From: Lama guanicoe
Taxonomy: Eukaryota
Direction of reading: 5' to 3'
Assembly: GCA_013239625.1 (NCBI GenBank)
Contig: MU053917.1
Coordinates: 82,170 to 146,169 of the forward strand
Length of the DNA: 64,000 bases
The position numbers and the translations under genes were made by a program. Shown here piece by piece: positions 37,014-49,148 of the stretch. Below the pieces are notes generated by a model. The model searched no databases. It was not told the origin of the DNA and was given only the letters and a program-made list of their open reading frames with translations. How positions within the stretch are numbered: position 1 is the stretch's first letter; each line of letters opens with the position of its first letter.

Positions 37014-40000
37014 AGAGTACATTTAATTTTGTCAGAAAGCATCAGTCTTTCAAAGTGTCTACACAATTCTGCATTCTCACCTGCAATGAATGAGAGTTCC
37101 TGTTGCTCCACACCCTTACCAGCATTTGACATTGTCTATTCTGGAGTTTCAGCATTCTAATACGTGTCTATTGGTATCTCATTGTTGTTTGAATTTGCAT
37201 TTCCCTGATTATCTATGGTGAAGAGCATCTTTCATATGCTTATTTATCATCTTGGGTGAGGTAGCTTTTCAGACCTTTTGCCCATTTTTCAATTGAGTTG
37301 TTCACTTTCTTATTGTTGAGTTTTAAGAGTTCTTTGCATAGTGAGGATCCCAGTCCCTCATCAGACGTGTTTTGCAGATATAGTCTCCCAGTCTGTGGCT
37401 TGTCTCTTCATTCCCTTGACAGTGTCTCTCACAAAGAAGTGTTTGATTTTAATGAAGTCCAGCTAATCAGTTATTTCCTCCTGGATCACACCTTTGGTGC
37501 CATATCTAAGCAATCATCACTATGATCAAGATCATCTAGGTTTCTCCTGTGTTATTTTCTAGAAGCTTTATAGTTTTACATTTAGGCATAAGATCCATTT
37601 TGAGTTAACTTTTGTGAAAGGTGTAAGGTCTGGGTCTAGATTCTTTTTTTCGCATGTGGATGACCAGCTATCCCAGCGCCGTTTGTTGAAGAGACTTATC
37701 TTTGTTCCATTGTGTTGCCTTTGCTCCTTTGTCAAAGGTCAGGTGCCTGTATTTATATGGGTCTCTTTCTGGGCTCTCTGTTCTGCTCCACTGATCTGTG
37801 TGTCTGTCCTTTCATCGATACCACACTGTCTGAATGATCGCAGCTTGACAGCCTCGTGTATTGTGCGTTACTGTAGCTTTCTAGTAAGTCTTGTGTGATT
37901 TTCTTTTTAATTAAGCAAAACGGCAAATACACTTTAAGAAATGCCACAGTAGGAAGGGCTGTCTGCAGCTGCCCTGCTGTTTGGGGTGTCAGCTCAGCTC
38001 ACCTGGCAGTGCCCCGCAGGCCCCAGTGGGCCCCTGGGTGGCAGGGCAGGTGGGGGAGGGGGACCTGTCCTCACCTCCCATTGTCGGTGAGTTTGGCTTT
38101 GTTTCTCAGGCTTGTGGTGAGTGTGTGTCTGTTGAGGGAGTGGGGAGGGGGGAACTCCTTGCTGTAGGTTGACCATTAACCATTTTATCAGCCAGACCAG
38201 GCTGGTGGCAGCCAGGGTGGGGGTCCTTTTTCCCCTAAGTGGACATCTCCCATTGCTGGTTTCCCACAGCCACCCTAGAGAGAAGCCCCCATCAACTCTA
38301 CTGCAGGCTTGGGGTGGGGAGAGTGGGGAGGAGGGGAGCTGAGCCCCTGTGGGACCTTGGGCAGGTCACTCTTGCTCTGAGCCCATGTCCTCACCTGCAA
38401 ACTGGGTCCCAGTCCTGCCCAGAGAGGGAGTGAGGCCAGGTCAGGCAATAGGCAGAAAGCCCTTTGCAAACTGTAAAGTGCCAAGTGAAGGTTAAGTTCA
38501 GCTGGAGCATGAGCTTGGGCCGAGCAGCACCATGTAGTGGTGGAGGTGGGCTGGGAGGGGCACTTTCCAGGCACTTCTGTCCCTAATTCACAGGTGTCTC
38601 CCTTTCTCCTGAGGGACAAGGGACTTAACTTGCCAGGCACACAGAGCGCAGCAGGTCACGGGGACCCAGACCCTGGTTCTTCCTGTCTCCCGGCCTCAGC
38701 TCAGTCCCAGGCCAGGCCATCCACCTGGAAAGAGCTGTTGCCGAGCATATTTAAACAACCAGCTGGCCTGGGGCTTCATTAAGGAAATTCTAGGGAATAA
38801 GATTGCAGAAGGAGGAAGCATATCCTGACACCCCAGGAATGCCAGACTTTGGAGTTTGGACTCTGTTCTCTGGGCAATGGGGAGCCATGGAAGGATCCTA
38901 GCTTGGAGAGGAGGGTGGTTGGAGGGGGATCACCCTGGGTGTGGGGGGGGTGATCTCTGTAATTTACAAGCCCCTCTTAGAGCATCTGTTCCCTTGCCTA
39001 AGAGGCAGCCATCTGAGACTGGAGCAAGGTTTCACCAAGCCAGGGGTGTGAGACTCCTCATGGGTATGAGACCCCTTGGTGGGCTCTGGGCACATGGTAG
39101 GTAGAGAATCAGCACTGGCTCCTCTCCAGCCCTGGGCGCCAGGCCGTGTCCCTAAGTGGGGGCCACAGGAGTCTCAGTGACTGTGGGCAACTCCTCATTT
39201 TACGGACCCGGAGATGAAGCCCAGGCCAGCCCAGGGCCGAGCCCCCTCCCCACTAAAGTGTAGGCTGGCGCATAGTAGGCCTGGCGGAATCACTTGTCAG
39301 GTCCAATGAGCCAACCCAGGCTCGAGGACATTAAGAGCTGGCCAAACCAGTCGCAGGTGTGGGTTTAACGACCAGCAGGTGTTCCTTCACTTTTTAGCAG
39401 AAGCTGCGCCCTCCCTGCCTCTGAGGCCAGCAGCCAGGCACAGCCTCACAAAGGTCTAGTCAGACGTGGGCCTCCCTCTGCCAGGGTCCCGGCCTCTCCT
39501 CCTCCCCTGTCTCTAGTCTTCCCACTCTCATCCCCCACCCCCATGAGAAAGCCATCATCAGCCCTCGTCCCAAGGAGGGTGGTCTCCCCTCAGCCCTGGC
39601 GGACCTGGGGGTCAGTTGGTTAAGTGGCTGCCCACCTTGGGGTCTCCGGCATGCCAGTTACTTCTCTCTGGGCCTGTTTCCCTCGTTGTAAAATAGAATT
39701 GGGAGGCCACAGTTCTTCCAAAACCCAGGGTGACAAGCTCCCGTGGTTCACACGTTGGCCAGGCATGTGCCAGTGTCCACCAAGGGCAGGGGTTGCTCTG
39801 CCTGCCAATGGGAAAAAGAGGCAGCCCCGGGGAGAAGGCAGAGCCCTGGAGGACAGGGGGCTCAGAACCCCCGGCTCAGTGCTCTCTCCCCTAAGCTGCA
39901 GCCCCAGGGGCTATTCAGGCCCTGCTCTGAGGCCTCTGTGGCCCAGCTGTAACATGAGGGTGCACGGACCAGCCCCTGCTCCACCTGACCTGTCCTGGGC

Positions 40001-41229
40001 CATGTGGCAGCAGGCCTGGCACCGCCCTCAGGGTGATAAGCCTTGTCCAACGTCTCCCCCAGGTCTGCAGTATGGAAACTTCCCTTGAGCCCTGGGGGCT
40101 GAGCTCAGCATCCTGGCAGAGAAGGGTGGAAGCAGGACTGGTGCTATGGTGCCCAGAGGCTCCTCCTCTGTGGCCTTCAGAGGTCTCCCAGTCTCCCTCC
40201 AGGCTCAGTGCAGGAAGAAAGGCCGCTGACTTCACTGCTACGCAGACCACAGCTCTCTGCCCACACCAAGCTCCCCCCATCCAGCGGCCCTGTCTGACCT
40301 GAAGCTCTACCTGGGTCCTCACTTCCCTTCTCTGCCAGGCTGACTCCTGCTCGCCTTCTGAGACAAAACTCCTGCTCCCTTCCTCTGGGAAGCCCTCCCT
40401 GCTTCTTCTCTGGGCAGGGCCCTGATGAGGGAGACTTGGGGGTCCTGGAGCCCTGCCTGAAGGTCAAGAGGGCTTCCTGGAGAAGGTGATGAGGGAGCAG
40501 AAGTTTGTCAAGAGGAGACAAGGAGGCGCTATTGAGGAAGGGGGCCAGGTGGGCCTGTCGGAGGGCCCTTGCTGCCCAGCGGGGTTTACTGGTTTATGTT
40601 GTTGTGCCTCCTTTGGACTGGAAGCCCTTGAGCACAGAGGCTGAGCTGAAACCTCTGCAAGGGCCCAGAGTGCACTCAGTAGAGCCTGAGCCGCTGGCTG
40701 CACAGTGGATGCACGAGGAGAGCAAGAGTGAGTCAGATGTTCTAGGAGCCCCTCTCCCGTGGCCCATGCCCTCTGGGGGGCCTGCAGGGCACAGGGGTGT
40801 CACGTGTGCTGTGGAAAGTGGACCTGACACTGGCCACTCATATCTCTGGACAGACAGCGCAGCCCAGTGGTCAAGAAAGTGCGTTCTGGAGCCCCCGCTG
40901 GTTCAAAGCTTGGCTTTTCACCTCCCTCCCACTGTGACTGTGACCAGGAGGTTAGAATACAGGAGGGGCAGAGATGGAGCTTAAGAGGTCCCAGGGCATC
41001 AGAGTTCAGAGGGTCAGGGTGGAGCCTGGGGGTGGCCTCAGTTTAGGAGGGGCTGTTTGCTGAGTAGGGGGCCCCGGGGAGGTCAGGGGTCAAGAGGTCC
41101 CGAGCTACTGCATCCTGGGGGAAGTCAAGGGCCAGGAGTATGCCACGCCCCTCCCCACCACTCCCGGCCCTGCAGGGGGCTCTCCTGCCTGCGGGCGGGG
41201 CGGCCTGGGCCCCGAGGAGACCCAGCTGA

Positions 41230-42750
41230 TCGTGGACCCCACGCCTGGGACCGAGCTACTTCTGCTTGCCGCCACCCCTCCCCACGCAGGGAACGGGGAG
41301 GCGCTGGAGCCCGCAGGGCCAGGCAGGGGCAGGACACGAAGGCCCGCAGCGGCTGGCAGGGCCCGGCCAGGATCCAGGAGGGAACAGCGCAGCAGCAAAA
41401 CAGCTCAAGAGCAGCGAGGATGGGGAACAGCCCCGCGAGCTGCCTGAGCGGAACACTGTGCTGCTCGTGCCCTCTTCCAGGAAGGGGGCCACGGCCTGCA
41501 GAGCAGCGTTGGGTCCTTGCCATTCAAGACCATCGAGGATGACCTGGTCTTCCCTGGTTGGGCGGTATTCCTGAGAATCACATCAGGAAGATGTCCTTCC
41601 AGCGCTGCGCCTGGACGGACACGGGGGTGCCTGTGGACGGCCAGGTCGTGTCCCGCAAGGTGTGGCTGGTCGGCAACATCTTAGACAAGATCAACAGCCA
41701 CCTCCCATCTCAGATCCAGATACTGGGGCTGAAGAGGGTCACGGGCGGCTTCAACTCCAAGAATAAGTGTGATGCCGGGACCTACTTCTACGTGCTGCCC
41801 ACGTTCGCCTTCGTGCACAAGGACCAGGACATGCAAGAAGAAGCCTGCCGGCTGAGCTCAGGCACTGTGCTGTGCAGGAGCCGGCTCCACGCCTGCTACA
41901 AGGGCACCCACAGCTTCCACAACTTCACCTCATGGAAGGGGCCCCGGGAGCCCAGCGCCCAGCGCTACATCCTGGACATGTTCTGCGAGGAGCCCCTCGT
42001 GCGGGAGGGCATGGAGCTCGCTGCAGTCAAGGGTCAGAGCTTCCTGATGCAGCAGGCCCAGAAGATGGTGGGCCTGGTGGTGGCCGTCGTCGAGGGCTGC
42101 GCGCCTGGGACCAAGATGGAGCGCAGCTGGGGGGAGGCCAAGGTGGTCGTGCCCACGGCACCCAGGCTTGGCCTCATGCTGGAGCGGGTGCACTTGGAGA
42201 AGCACAGCCAGCGCTTCGGCCACTGCGGGCTGCACGAGCCGCTGGACCCCACGCGGGAGGAGGCGGAGGCCATGGCCTTCAAGAAGAAGCACGTCTACCC
42301 CACCATCGGCAGCACAGAGTGCCATGACGGGTCCACGGCCCAGTGACTGAGCACCCTGCCCCATGCACAACTTAAGCGCCACCGCCCCAGACATCAAGGT
42401 CCCCAGCCCTCTGGAGGCAATGAAGGACAGAGACAGTGACCGAGGCACGGCCACCCCCAAGAGTGTCTTGGAGTTGGCCCGGGACACCTGCACCAGGACC
42501 CACCAACCTGCTGTCTGCTGGGTGCCTCGGCCAGACAGAAGAGCCTGCGTGTGGCCTCCCGGCCTCAGGATCTTGACACCTGCATCATTTTGAGTTTTCC
42601 TTGGGGGGAAAACCTGCTGCGAATCTATTTTCAGCTCATACGAATCTATCTATACACACCCCAGCATGTAAAGACACTATTTTTTTGTTTAAAGGAGCAA
42701 TTTTCTTATTAAATAAGTACAAACTTAAAAAACAAACAAACAAAAAACAA
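41230..42750 (+). pseudogene. PUS1: PUS1 processed pseudogene, 5'-incomplete
   Basis: Intronless. WTPRLGP...AGNGE...KQLKSSEDGE...FKTIEDDLV...[21 protein letters not shown]...[29 protein letters not shown]...[12 protein letters not shown]...KGQSFLMQQ...GLHEPLD...KVPSPLE matches recalled PUS1. Frameshifts near 41489, 41550 and 42360. Trp codon changed to TGA at 42344-42346. Ancestral stop now CGA at 42441. ATTAAA at 42708-42713 and A-rich tail at 42727-42750. Confidence 0.96.
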
Positions 42751-43474
42751 GGTAGAGTGTGGGGGAGGGGATGGTTGTGCCGAGATTTGAAGACGGAGTT
42801 GTGTTTGGTTAGGCAGGGCATTGCAGATAGAGGATATGAGTCCGCAGAGTGGCCAGCACAAGGCATGTCCCTGGAACAACACGCAGTGGGTGTCTTGTAT
42901 TACAGAGAAGCTGTAGGAGCTTAGTTAAGACGCAGTGAGGATGAAATGTGCTCCTATCAGACTAAACATGGTCAATATTATGAAATAAATGATTTCTATG
43001 TCAGACTGTAAGTGTTCTTCCCAGGCCAAAAGACAAAAACCAAAAAACATAATGAGAATCCGAACTCGAGAGGTTGGAACAGAGATAATTGGCCATTATT
43101 AATTTTTTAGTGGGTTACTATCTTTTTTAAGTAAAATGAGAGCAACTTTACATTTAACATTAAATACAACTAAAATTTAACTTGTCTTCTCCCAATCCCA
43201 GGCCCATTTGCTTTCTTCATTTATTAGAGGCAACTGTAACATTAATTCCCTGTATATCCAACCAATAATTTTCACATTATTCCTAGATTGATCTGCATCC
43301 ACTTAGCCTTTAAATTATTTTTGAGTTCTTATATATAGTTGATCTTCAATATTTACATTAAGTTCTCATAAGACAAATTCATGAGTGGAACATTTTTGTC
43401 AACTGATTAATACATTGTCTTATGTGTGTTTCTGTTTAAATGTACTTTGTTTAGTATATATTCTTTTTGTTTAA

Positions 43475-44205
43475 TTTTTTAAATTGAAGTTTAGTCAGTT
43501 ACAATGTGTCAATTCCTGGTGTACAGCATAATGTCCCTGTCATGCATATATATACATATACTTGTTTTCATATTCTTTTCTTTAAAGGTCATTGCAAGAT
43601 ATGAATATAGTTCCCTGTGCTATACAGAGGAAATTTGGTTTTTATCTATTTTTATACATAGTGGTTAACATTTGCAAATCTCAAACTCCTGGATTTATCC
43701 CTTCCCACCCCCATTTCCCCCAGTAACCATAAGATTGTTTACTATGTCTGCAAGTCTGTTTCTCTTTTGTAGATGAGCTCATTAGTGTCCTCTTTTTTTC
43801 CTTCTGCTGCTGCTGCTTTTTTTTTTTTTTAGATTCCACATGTGAGTGATATCATATGGTATTTTTCTTTCTTTTTCTGGCTTACTTCACTTAGAATGAC
43901 AGTATTCAGATCCATCCATGTGGCTGCAAATGGCAGTATTTTATTATCTTTTATGGCTGAGTAGCATTCTGTTGTATAAATACACCACAACTTCTTTATA
44001 TAGTCATCTGTCGATGGACATTTAGGTTGCTTCTATGTCTTGATTATGGTACATAGTGCTGCTGTTAACACTGGGGTGCATGTATCTTTTTGAATTAGGG
44101 TTCCCTCCAGGTACATGCCCAAGAATGGCATTGTTGGATCACATGGTAGCCTGTTTTTTGTTTTTTTGAGGAATCTCCATACTGTTTTCCATAATGGCTG
44201 GACCA
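43475..44205 (-). mobile_element. L1 3' fragment (lineage-specific)
   Basis: L1 3'UTR and ORF2-end antisense motifs ending at 'gaggaatctccatactgttttccataatggctg'. Confidence 0.88.
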
Positions 44206-44214
44206 GCGTTTAGG

Positions 44215-44645
44215 ATATAGTCTTGATTGATTTATACTGAACTCCCAGTCAGCAGCCCTCTTACCCGTGCCTGAACGGAACGTAGCTAACATGTATTCTC
44301 TCCATGAGGAAAACCACAGCCCTCTCGTGCTTACGAACACTATGCAGCACTTCAGTGCTACACTTGGGGGCAGTTTTACAGTAAAGCCACCAAGGGAAAG
44401 AACAAAGATGTGGAAAATGTGGCACCAGATAGATTGTGAAAATGATACTTGTTTACACCGTGAGAGCTGGGACAACAAGGCAGCGTGTTGCCTTGCGTGA
44501 TCTCATCCAGGGAAGGTGAATGCTTCTCCGCACACATGTACAAATAACTGGGAAAGCACAGCAAGCACTGATTTGGGGTTACAAACACATTTCATACAGC
44601 AAAGGAGCTAATCAAAAAGGAATCTGGAAATACGAGGCTCGCACT
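44215..44645 (-). mobile_element. TcMar-Tigger derivative (MER82-like)
   Basis: 'cacttcagtgctacacttgggggc...aatgtggcaccagatag...cttgtttacaccgtgagagctg...gatttggggttacaaac' resembles the recalled MER82 consensus. Confidence 0.65.
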
Positions 44646-44869
44646 CCCGCTCGCTCTCCCTCCCTCTGGCTCTATATACACACAGAACACACACATATAT
44701 ACTTACTCACATACAGACATATATAGTCGTATATTCATGTAATATGTACACATATGTTTAACTTGATGCCACTGCAACTCCTCTACTCTCTTCTTTAGCC
44801 AACATTTTGTTCCTCAGATCCATCCACGGTGATGTCTGTAGATCTAGTCTACTCATTCATCTCCTGCCA

Positions 44870-45140
44870 GCTTCACTGAGATGTAACTGACACACAGCAC
44901 TGTGTAGTTTAAGATCCACAACGTAATGAATTGACTCACAAACATCATGAAGTGATTACGACAGTACGTTAATTGAACATCCATCATCTCATGTAGATAC
45001 AAAATGAAAGAAAAAATTGTCCTTATACTGAGAACCCTTAGGATTTGCTCTGTACAGTTGTCGTATGTAACGTACGGCAGTGTGCATTGTGCTCACCATG
45101 CTGTACGTTGCCTCTCAAGTACATGTGAATCTTATAACTG
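44870..45140 (-). mobile_element. Older L1 3'-end fragment
   Basis: 'cagcttcactgagatgtaactgacacacagcactgtgtagtttaag...cttataactggaaacttgtacc'. Confidence 0.65.
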
Positions 45141-45399
45141 GAAACTTGTACCTTATGAGTATAAGCCATAAGCTAACTTGAGAGCAAGGGTCTGGTACTT
45201 TATTTTTGTGTCCTTCTGTAAGCACGGAGATTTCCCACTGAGTAGTTGCTACAGCAAATACTTTTGGTTGTCCAAAGAGTGACACTTTTCTTTACTGTAT
45301 AGAATCTGAAATCTGTTTAGTCTGCAATATACCCAAGTCTAGGAGATAAATCATGAATTGTCTCTACCCATCCTAGTAATGCCATAGATTTTTCATGGT

Positions 45400-45605
45400 G
45401 GGGTTCAGCAACCTTTTTCTATTAAGGGTCAGAGAGTAAACAATGTTTGACCTTGAAGACCACACAATCGCTGTCACAACTACTCAGCTTTGCTGTTGTG
45501 CTGAGAAAGCAGCCGTAGGTGGGATGTGAATGAACAGGCATCTCTGTATTCCAACATCACTTTATCTGCAGAAACAGGTGGGAACAGGTTTGACCTAAGC
45601 ACTGA
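45400..45605 (+). mobile_element. hAT-Charlie MER58-like element
   Basis: 'ggggttcagcaacctttttctattaagggtcagagagtaaac...ctgtcacaactactcagctttgctgttgtg...aaagcagcc'. Confidence 0.65.
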
Positions 45606-45654
45606 CCTTTAGATTACTGACTGGTGGTATAGAGTTTGCATGTTATACACTTTC

Positions 45655-46040
45655 AACCAATGACATATAAGCTGAAATCTGTCTGACAGTCTTATAAGAA
45701 AGATATTTTTCTTGATGAATAAAAGAGATCTCACCATAGGAAGACTTTTTTCTCCTTCATGCTTTGGACACTGATGTATACACAGTGCCAGGAATGAGGG
45801 CAGACCTTTTGAGACCGTGAGACAATAAGTCTGATGATAAAAGCCAGCTTATTGAGAACAATGGGAAGGAATGATTAAAAGAACCTAGATCTTTGGTATT
45901 CTCACTGCATCACTGAATTAACTATGCAATTGCCAACATCGGATTTTATTTTAGACAAGATTATTGAATATCTTCATTGACTAAGTGACTGATTGTCAGG
46001 TGTTTAGTTACTTGTAGTGAAAGCACCATAGCCAATCAGA
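45655..46040 (+). mobile_element. Degraded ERVL-type LTR (LTR16/LTR33-like)
   Basis: 'aaagaacctagatctttg...cactgaattaac...gtttagttacttgtagtgaaagca' motifs. Confidence 0.45.
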
Positions 46041-46160
46041 AGCTCAGTGTGTGTCCCAGGAATAAACATTTAAAATGTTAAGATTATAACATGCAACGAG
46101 GGATGAAATATGGGACATTTTAGTCATAGAAAATAATAAGTCAAAATCTAAACTTTCCAG

Positions 46161-46488
46161 GCAAGAGTTTGATAGTGTGATAATGAAATACAACGCAAAG
46201 AAGCTGTTAAAGCAGTTACGTCACCGAGCGCTTAAGGTGAGCATGGTGGTGATAACCGTCGTAGGCAGATGATGGGGGAATGAAAGCTTTTAGATCCAGT
46301 GGGATATCGATTTAGCTATTTGAGGTATATTCATAGCCAGAATTATATAGCATGAGAAGAGGGAGAGAACATGGGTGACAATTAAACTTCTTTCTTTATT
46401 TTTGAAAGATGTCCTCCATTTCAGGCAAGTTCAGGAGCAGTAACTCATATGATGAAACTGACTACCTGAGGACAAGCAAATATTCTAG
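46161..46488 (+). other. Two phase-compatible candidate coding exons of an unidentified gene (46161-46236, 46409-46488)
   Basis: ctttccag|...AAG|gtgagc and tttatttttgaaag|...AG|gtcagc. The spliced frame is open: QEFDSVIMKYNAKKLLKQLRHRALK-MSSISGKFRSSNSYDETDYLRTSKYS(R). Confidence 0.45.
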
Positions 46489-46964
46489 GTCAGCTGTTGC
46501 CGGTTAAAACTTTGCAACTTGATGCTAGAGAAAGGAAAAAAGAAAATTCTGAAAAAAAGCCGCAAGGTATTGAGTAACTTTCCTTGCTGGAGTAAAGCTC
46601 TATAAGCACCCTTGTGGGAGAAAATAAGAGCTTAGTAAAGATACTTCTGATTCAAAGTTAGGAGTAACTGACCTGAGAGGATGACTTGCAAAGACAAAAA
46701 GTTGAATTGCTGACTGACCAGTATATGCCTAGGACTCTGAAGAATTCTGGCAGTGAAGTATCATTTGATCCACAGTTACAAAATACATAGTAACTAGCTT
46801 TGCAACAAGTTTTATTTGTCTTTTTAAGAAAGATCAATCAAATACATCACTCAAATATGTTAATATTCAGATTCAATTCAGAAAGTAAAGAAAAATACCA
46901 TAAAGATACATTTGTCTTACTAAAATGAAATGGTGGGAAATGAACTGTATAGAATTTATGTGCA

Positions 46965-47447
46965 ACAACTTTGTTGTGTAACTAATCCAAGGGCTTAGTG
47001 GCATAAAACACCTATGACACAGCACAAGAGTCTACAGCCCACAATTAGGGTCTGGTGTAGTTTAGCATTTCTTTTGGTCTGGTTGGGCCTGGCTGGTCTT
47101 GGTTGGGCTTGCTGGTGCATCTGTTATCAGGTGGTGATCAAGTTGGCTGGTTTACGATTGTTTGAACCATTACAGCTTGAATGGTTGGCACGTTGCTCTG
47201 TGTAGCCTCTCAGCCTCCAGCAGGGAACCCTGACTTGGTTTGTTTGATGGCTGCTGAATTCCAAAATGCGCAAGAACAGAACTGCAAATGTTCTTGAGGT
47301 CCAGGCTCAAAACTAATAGAGTAGCAGTTCTGATGCTTTCTAATGATCCAACTATGTCACGAGGTCAGCTCAGATTCAACAGTTAGGGCAACTGGTTCCA
47401 CAGCTTCCTGGGAGAAGCTGTAAAATATTGTGGGCAATTTTACTACA
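46965..47447 (-). mobile_element. MaLR (older MLT1-type) LTR
   Basis: 'gttgtgtaactaatcc...cttagtggcataaaaca...cctccagcagg...gtcacgaggtcagctcagattcaa...gggagaagctgtaaaatattgtgg'. Confidence 0.65.
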
Positions 47448-47537
47448 AAGCAGGGAATCAAATATAAGTTAGTAGATTACTAGTTATCTTTACTAGTAGT
47501 GGAATTTCAACTACTCAGTTTTATTTCATGGAACATC

Positions 47538-47637
47538 TTTTATTTTTATTTATTTTTTAGTGGAATTACTGGAGATTGAACCCCGAACCTCGTATGTGCT
47601 AACCTTGCACTCTAGTACTGAGCTATTTCCACTTCCC
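47538..47637 (-). mobile_element. tRNA-derived SINE (vic-1-like), diverged
   Basis: 'tactggagattgaaccccgaacctcgtatgtgctaaccttgcactctagtactgagctat' preceded by a T-rich tract. Confidence 0.8.
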
Positions 47638-49075
47638 AGAATGTTTGTTTTAAGCAGCAATGAATTCCTCAAGCCGTAGACTGACCGTTCAAGTTGTCAG
47701 CTTATCACATGCATTTATCTACTCCTCTTCCCTATTATGTGAGTTAATATATTGCAATATTTAAGGCATTTTAAACTGGGCTCTTATTTGTAGACAAAAA
47801 ATTCTAGCTAAAACATGGGACAAAACTCTGTATTTATCAAGTTGATTAATTCAGAACTCAAGTTCAAATATATATTGATCCCTGGTGATGGTCCAGTCAC
47901 TTTGTAAAGAAACAGATATAAAAGATGAAAAGGGCTAAGGCACACAAGTCTCCAACAAAGATCCCGTACTTGAGGAAAGGGGAAAGGTGCTTAAAGAGAA
48001 GCAAGATGGTGTCACCTGCCTCAGACAGGGCTCATCAATGGGGAAACAAACGGTAGAAGAAGTGATTCTGGAGCTGACCATCCTAAAATGAGGTGGTGTT
48101 TTTCAGGAAGTCAAGGAAGAAGGGAATAGGAAGTGGGAAAGCATGAGGGGGACATTTTAGACAAAGGGAAACTGTATGCAAAGGCAAAGGTATATAAATG
48201 AGCACATTCTTTTTAAAGAAGCAACAGCTATCCATTTCTTCTAGTTAACCCATGGAGTGGAAGGTGATATGGCAAGAAATATGGAAGGGGAAGTGGCAGA
48301 AAATTTACACTGACTGATGATTTGTAAATATTAAGTTCCAGCATCCCATGCAATAATTTCCTAGAATGTTGTCCTTCCCTCACTTTTTATTTGTATTTTT
48401 TGGCATAGACATCAGCTCTCTCTCCAGGTATTCTACCTTTAGTGCAGTAGTCAGTCTAAATGAGATGTCAGTTAGTCACTGGAAATAAGAATATCACAAT
48501 AACCATTTCAGTTGTTTCTGATTAAGTCTTGACTTAAAATCTTATAGTAACTCAATTTTATAGGATGTTTATTTGTACATAATATAGTGAGGCTTGGTTT
48601 AAAAACATTCTCTAAATATGTATATGATAGGTCTAAAGGACTGAAGTATGAATTAATTATATGCTTATTTAATTGATTTAACATAAGCTCACAGTACTTT
48701 GCAGTATCAGATTCAGAAAAATGTTTTTCTAATTAGTTTGTTGATGGACTGACTTCAATCTGTTTCTTTTGAAATTTCTTCGATTTTCCCCAAATTGGTG
48801 TGTAGACATAACTTCTCTTCTCTGAGGCCAAATACTTTTAATGATATGATAAAAGTATTAATGACTTTTCAGTTTATCCCTTTAAATTATTTTTTTTAGG
48901 AACTGGGAAATCTCACCAGGTTTCCCCCTTTACATTAAATTTGCTAATAATTTGTATAATGAAATATGCCTTTTTAACTGTCAGCCACTCTAACATATTT
49001 GTCTGAAATTGCAAAATTTTATAGAAATGTGAAACATCTTCACTGACAAAAAAGAATAGTGTATTTGAATAGTAT

Positions 49076-49148
49076 AGTGTATTTGAAATGCAGAGCAGTT
49101 CATCAGGTTAAGTGTATTTGAAATGCAGAGCAGTTCATCAGGTTAAGT
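49076..49148 (+). repeat. Perfect 35-bp tandem duplication
   Basis: agtgtatttgaaatgcagagcagttcatcaggtta at 49076 and 49111. Partial third copy at 49058. Confidence 0.95.

Larger units (their letters stand above)
36010..37860 (-). mobile_element. Old L1 (L1M-type) 3'UTR/ORF2 end interrupted by two SINEs
   Basis: Continuous L1 antisense motifs on both sides of 36683-37013. ORF 36213-36491(-) MEYYSVLKRNKL is typical of the L1 ORF2 C-terminus. Confidence 0.88.

Noticed and set aside
2509..41000. Many long GC-rich ORFs (e.g. 2509-3537 -, 7677-8528 -, 9827-10630 -)
   Set aside because: Overlapping Pro/Gly/Ala/Arg-rich frames on both strands with no recognisable domain. Expected by chance at this GC content.
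23000..41000. WNT7B exon 4 (CKCHGVSGSC) or further ADGRB1 exons
   Set aside because: Looked for by eye and in the ORF track and not found. A heavily decayed copy cannot be excluded.
41127..41143. caagggccaggagtatg as the 5' TSD of the PUS1 copy
   Set aside because: Only a loose gapped match to caaggtagagtgtg, and ~90 bp away from where homology begins.
41558..42346. Functional PUS1 gene or retrogene (262-aa ORF)
   Set aside because: No native start, upstream frameshifts, Arg>Trp and Lys>Thr in the catalytic motif, internal deletions and a premature stop.
46425..46567. Alternative exon using the acceptor at 46424
   Set aside because: Contains an in-frame TGA. The upstream acceptor at 46408 has a better pyrimidine tract and gives an open frame.
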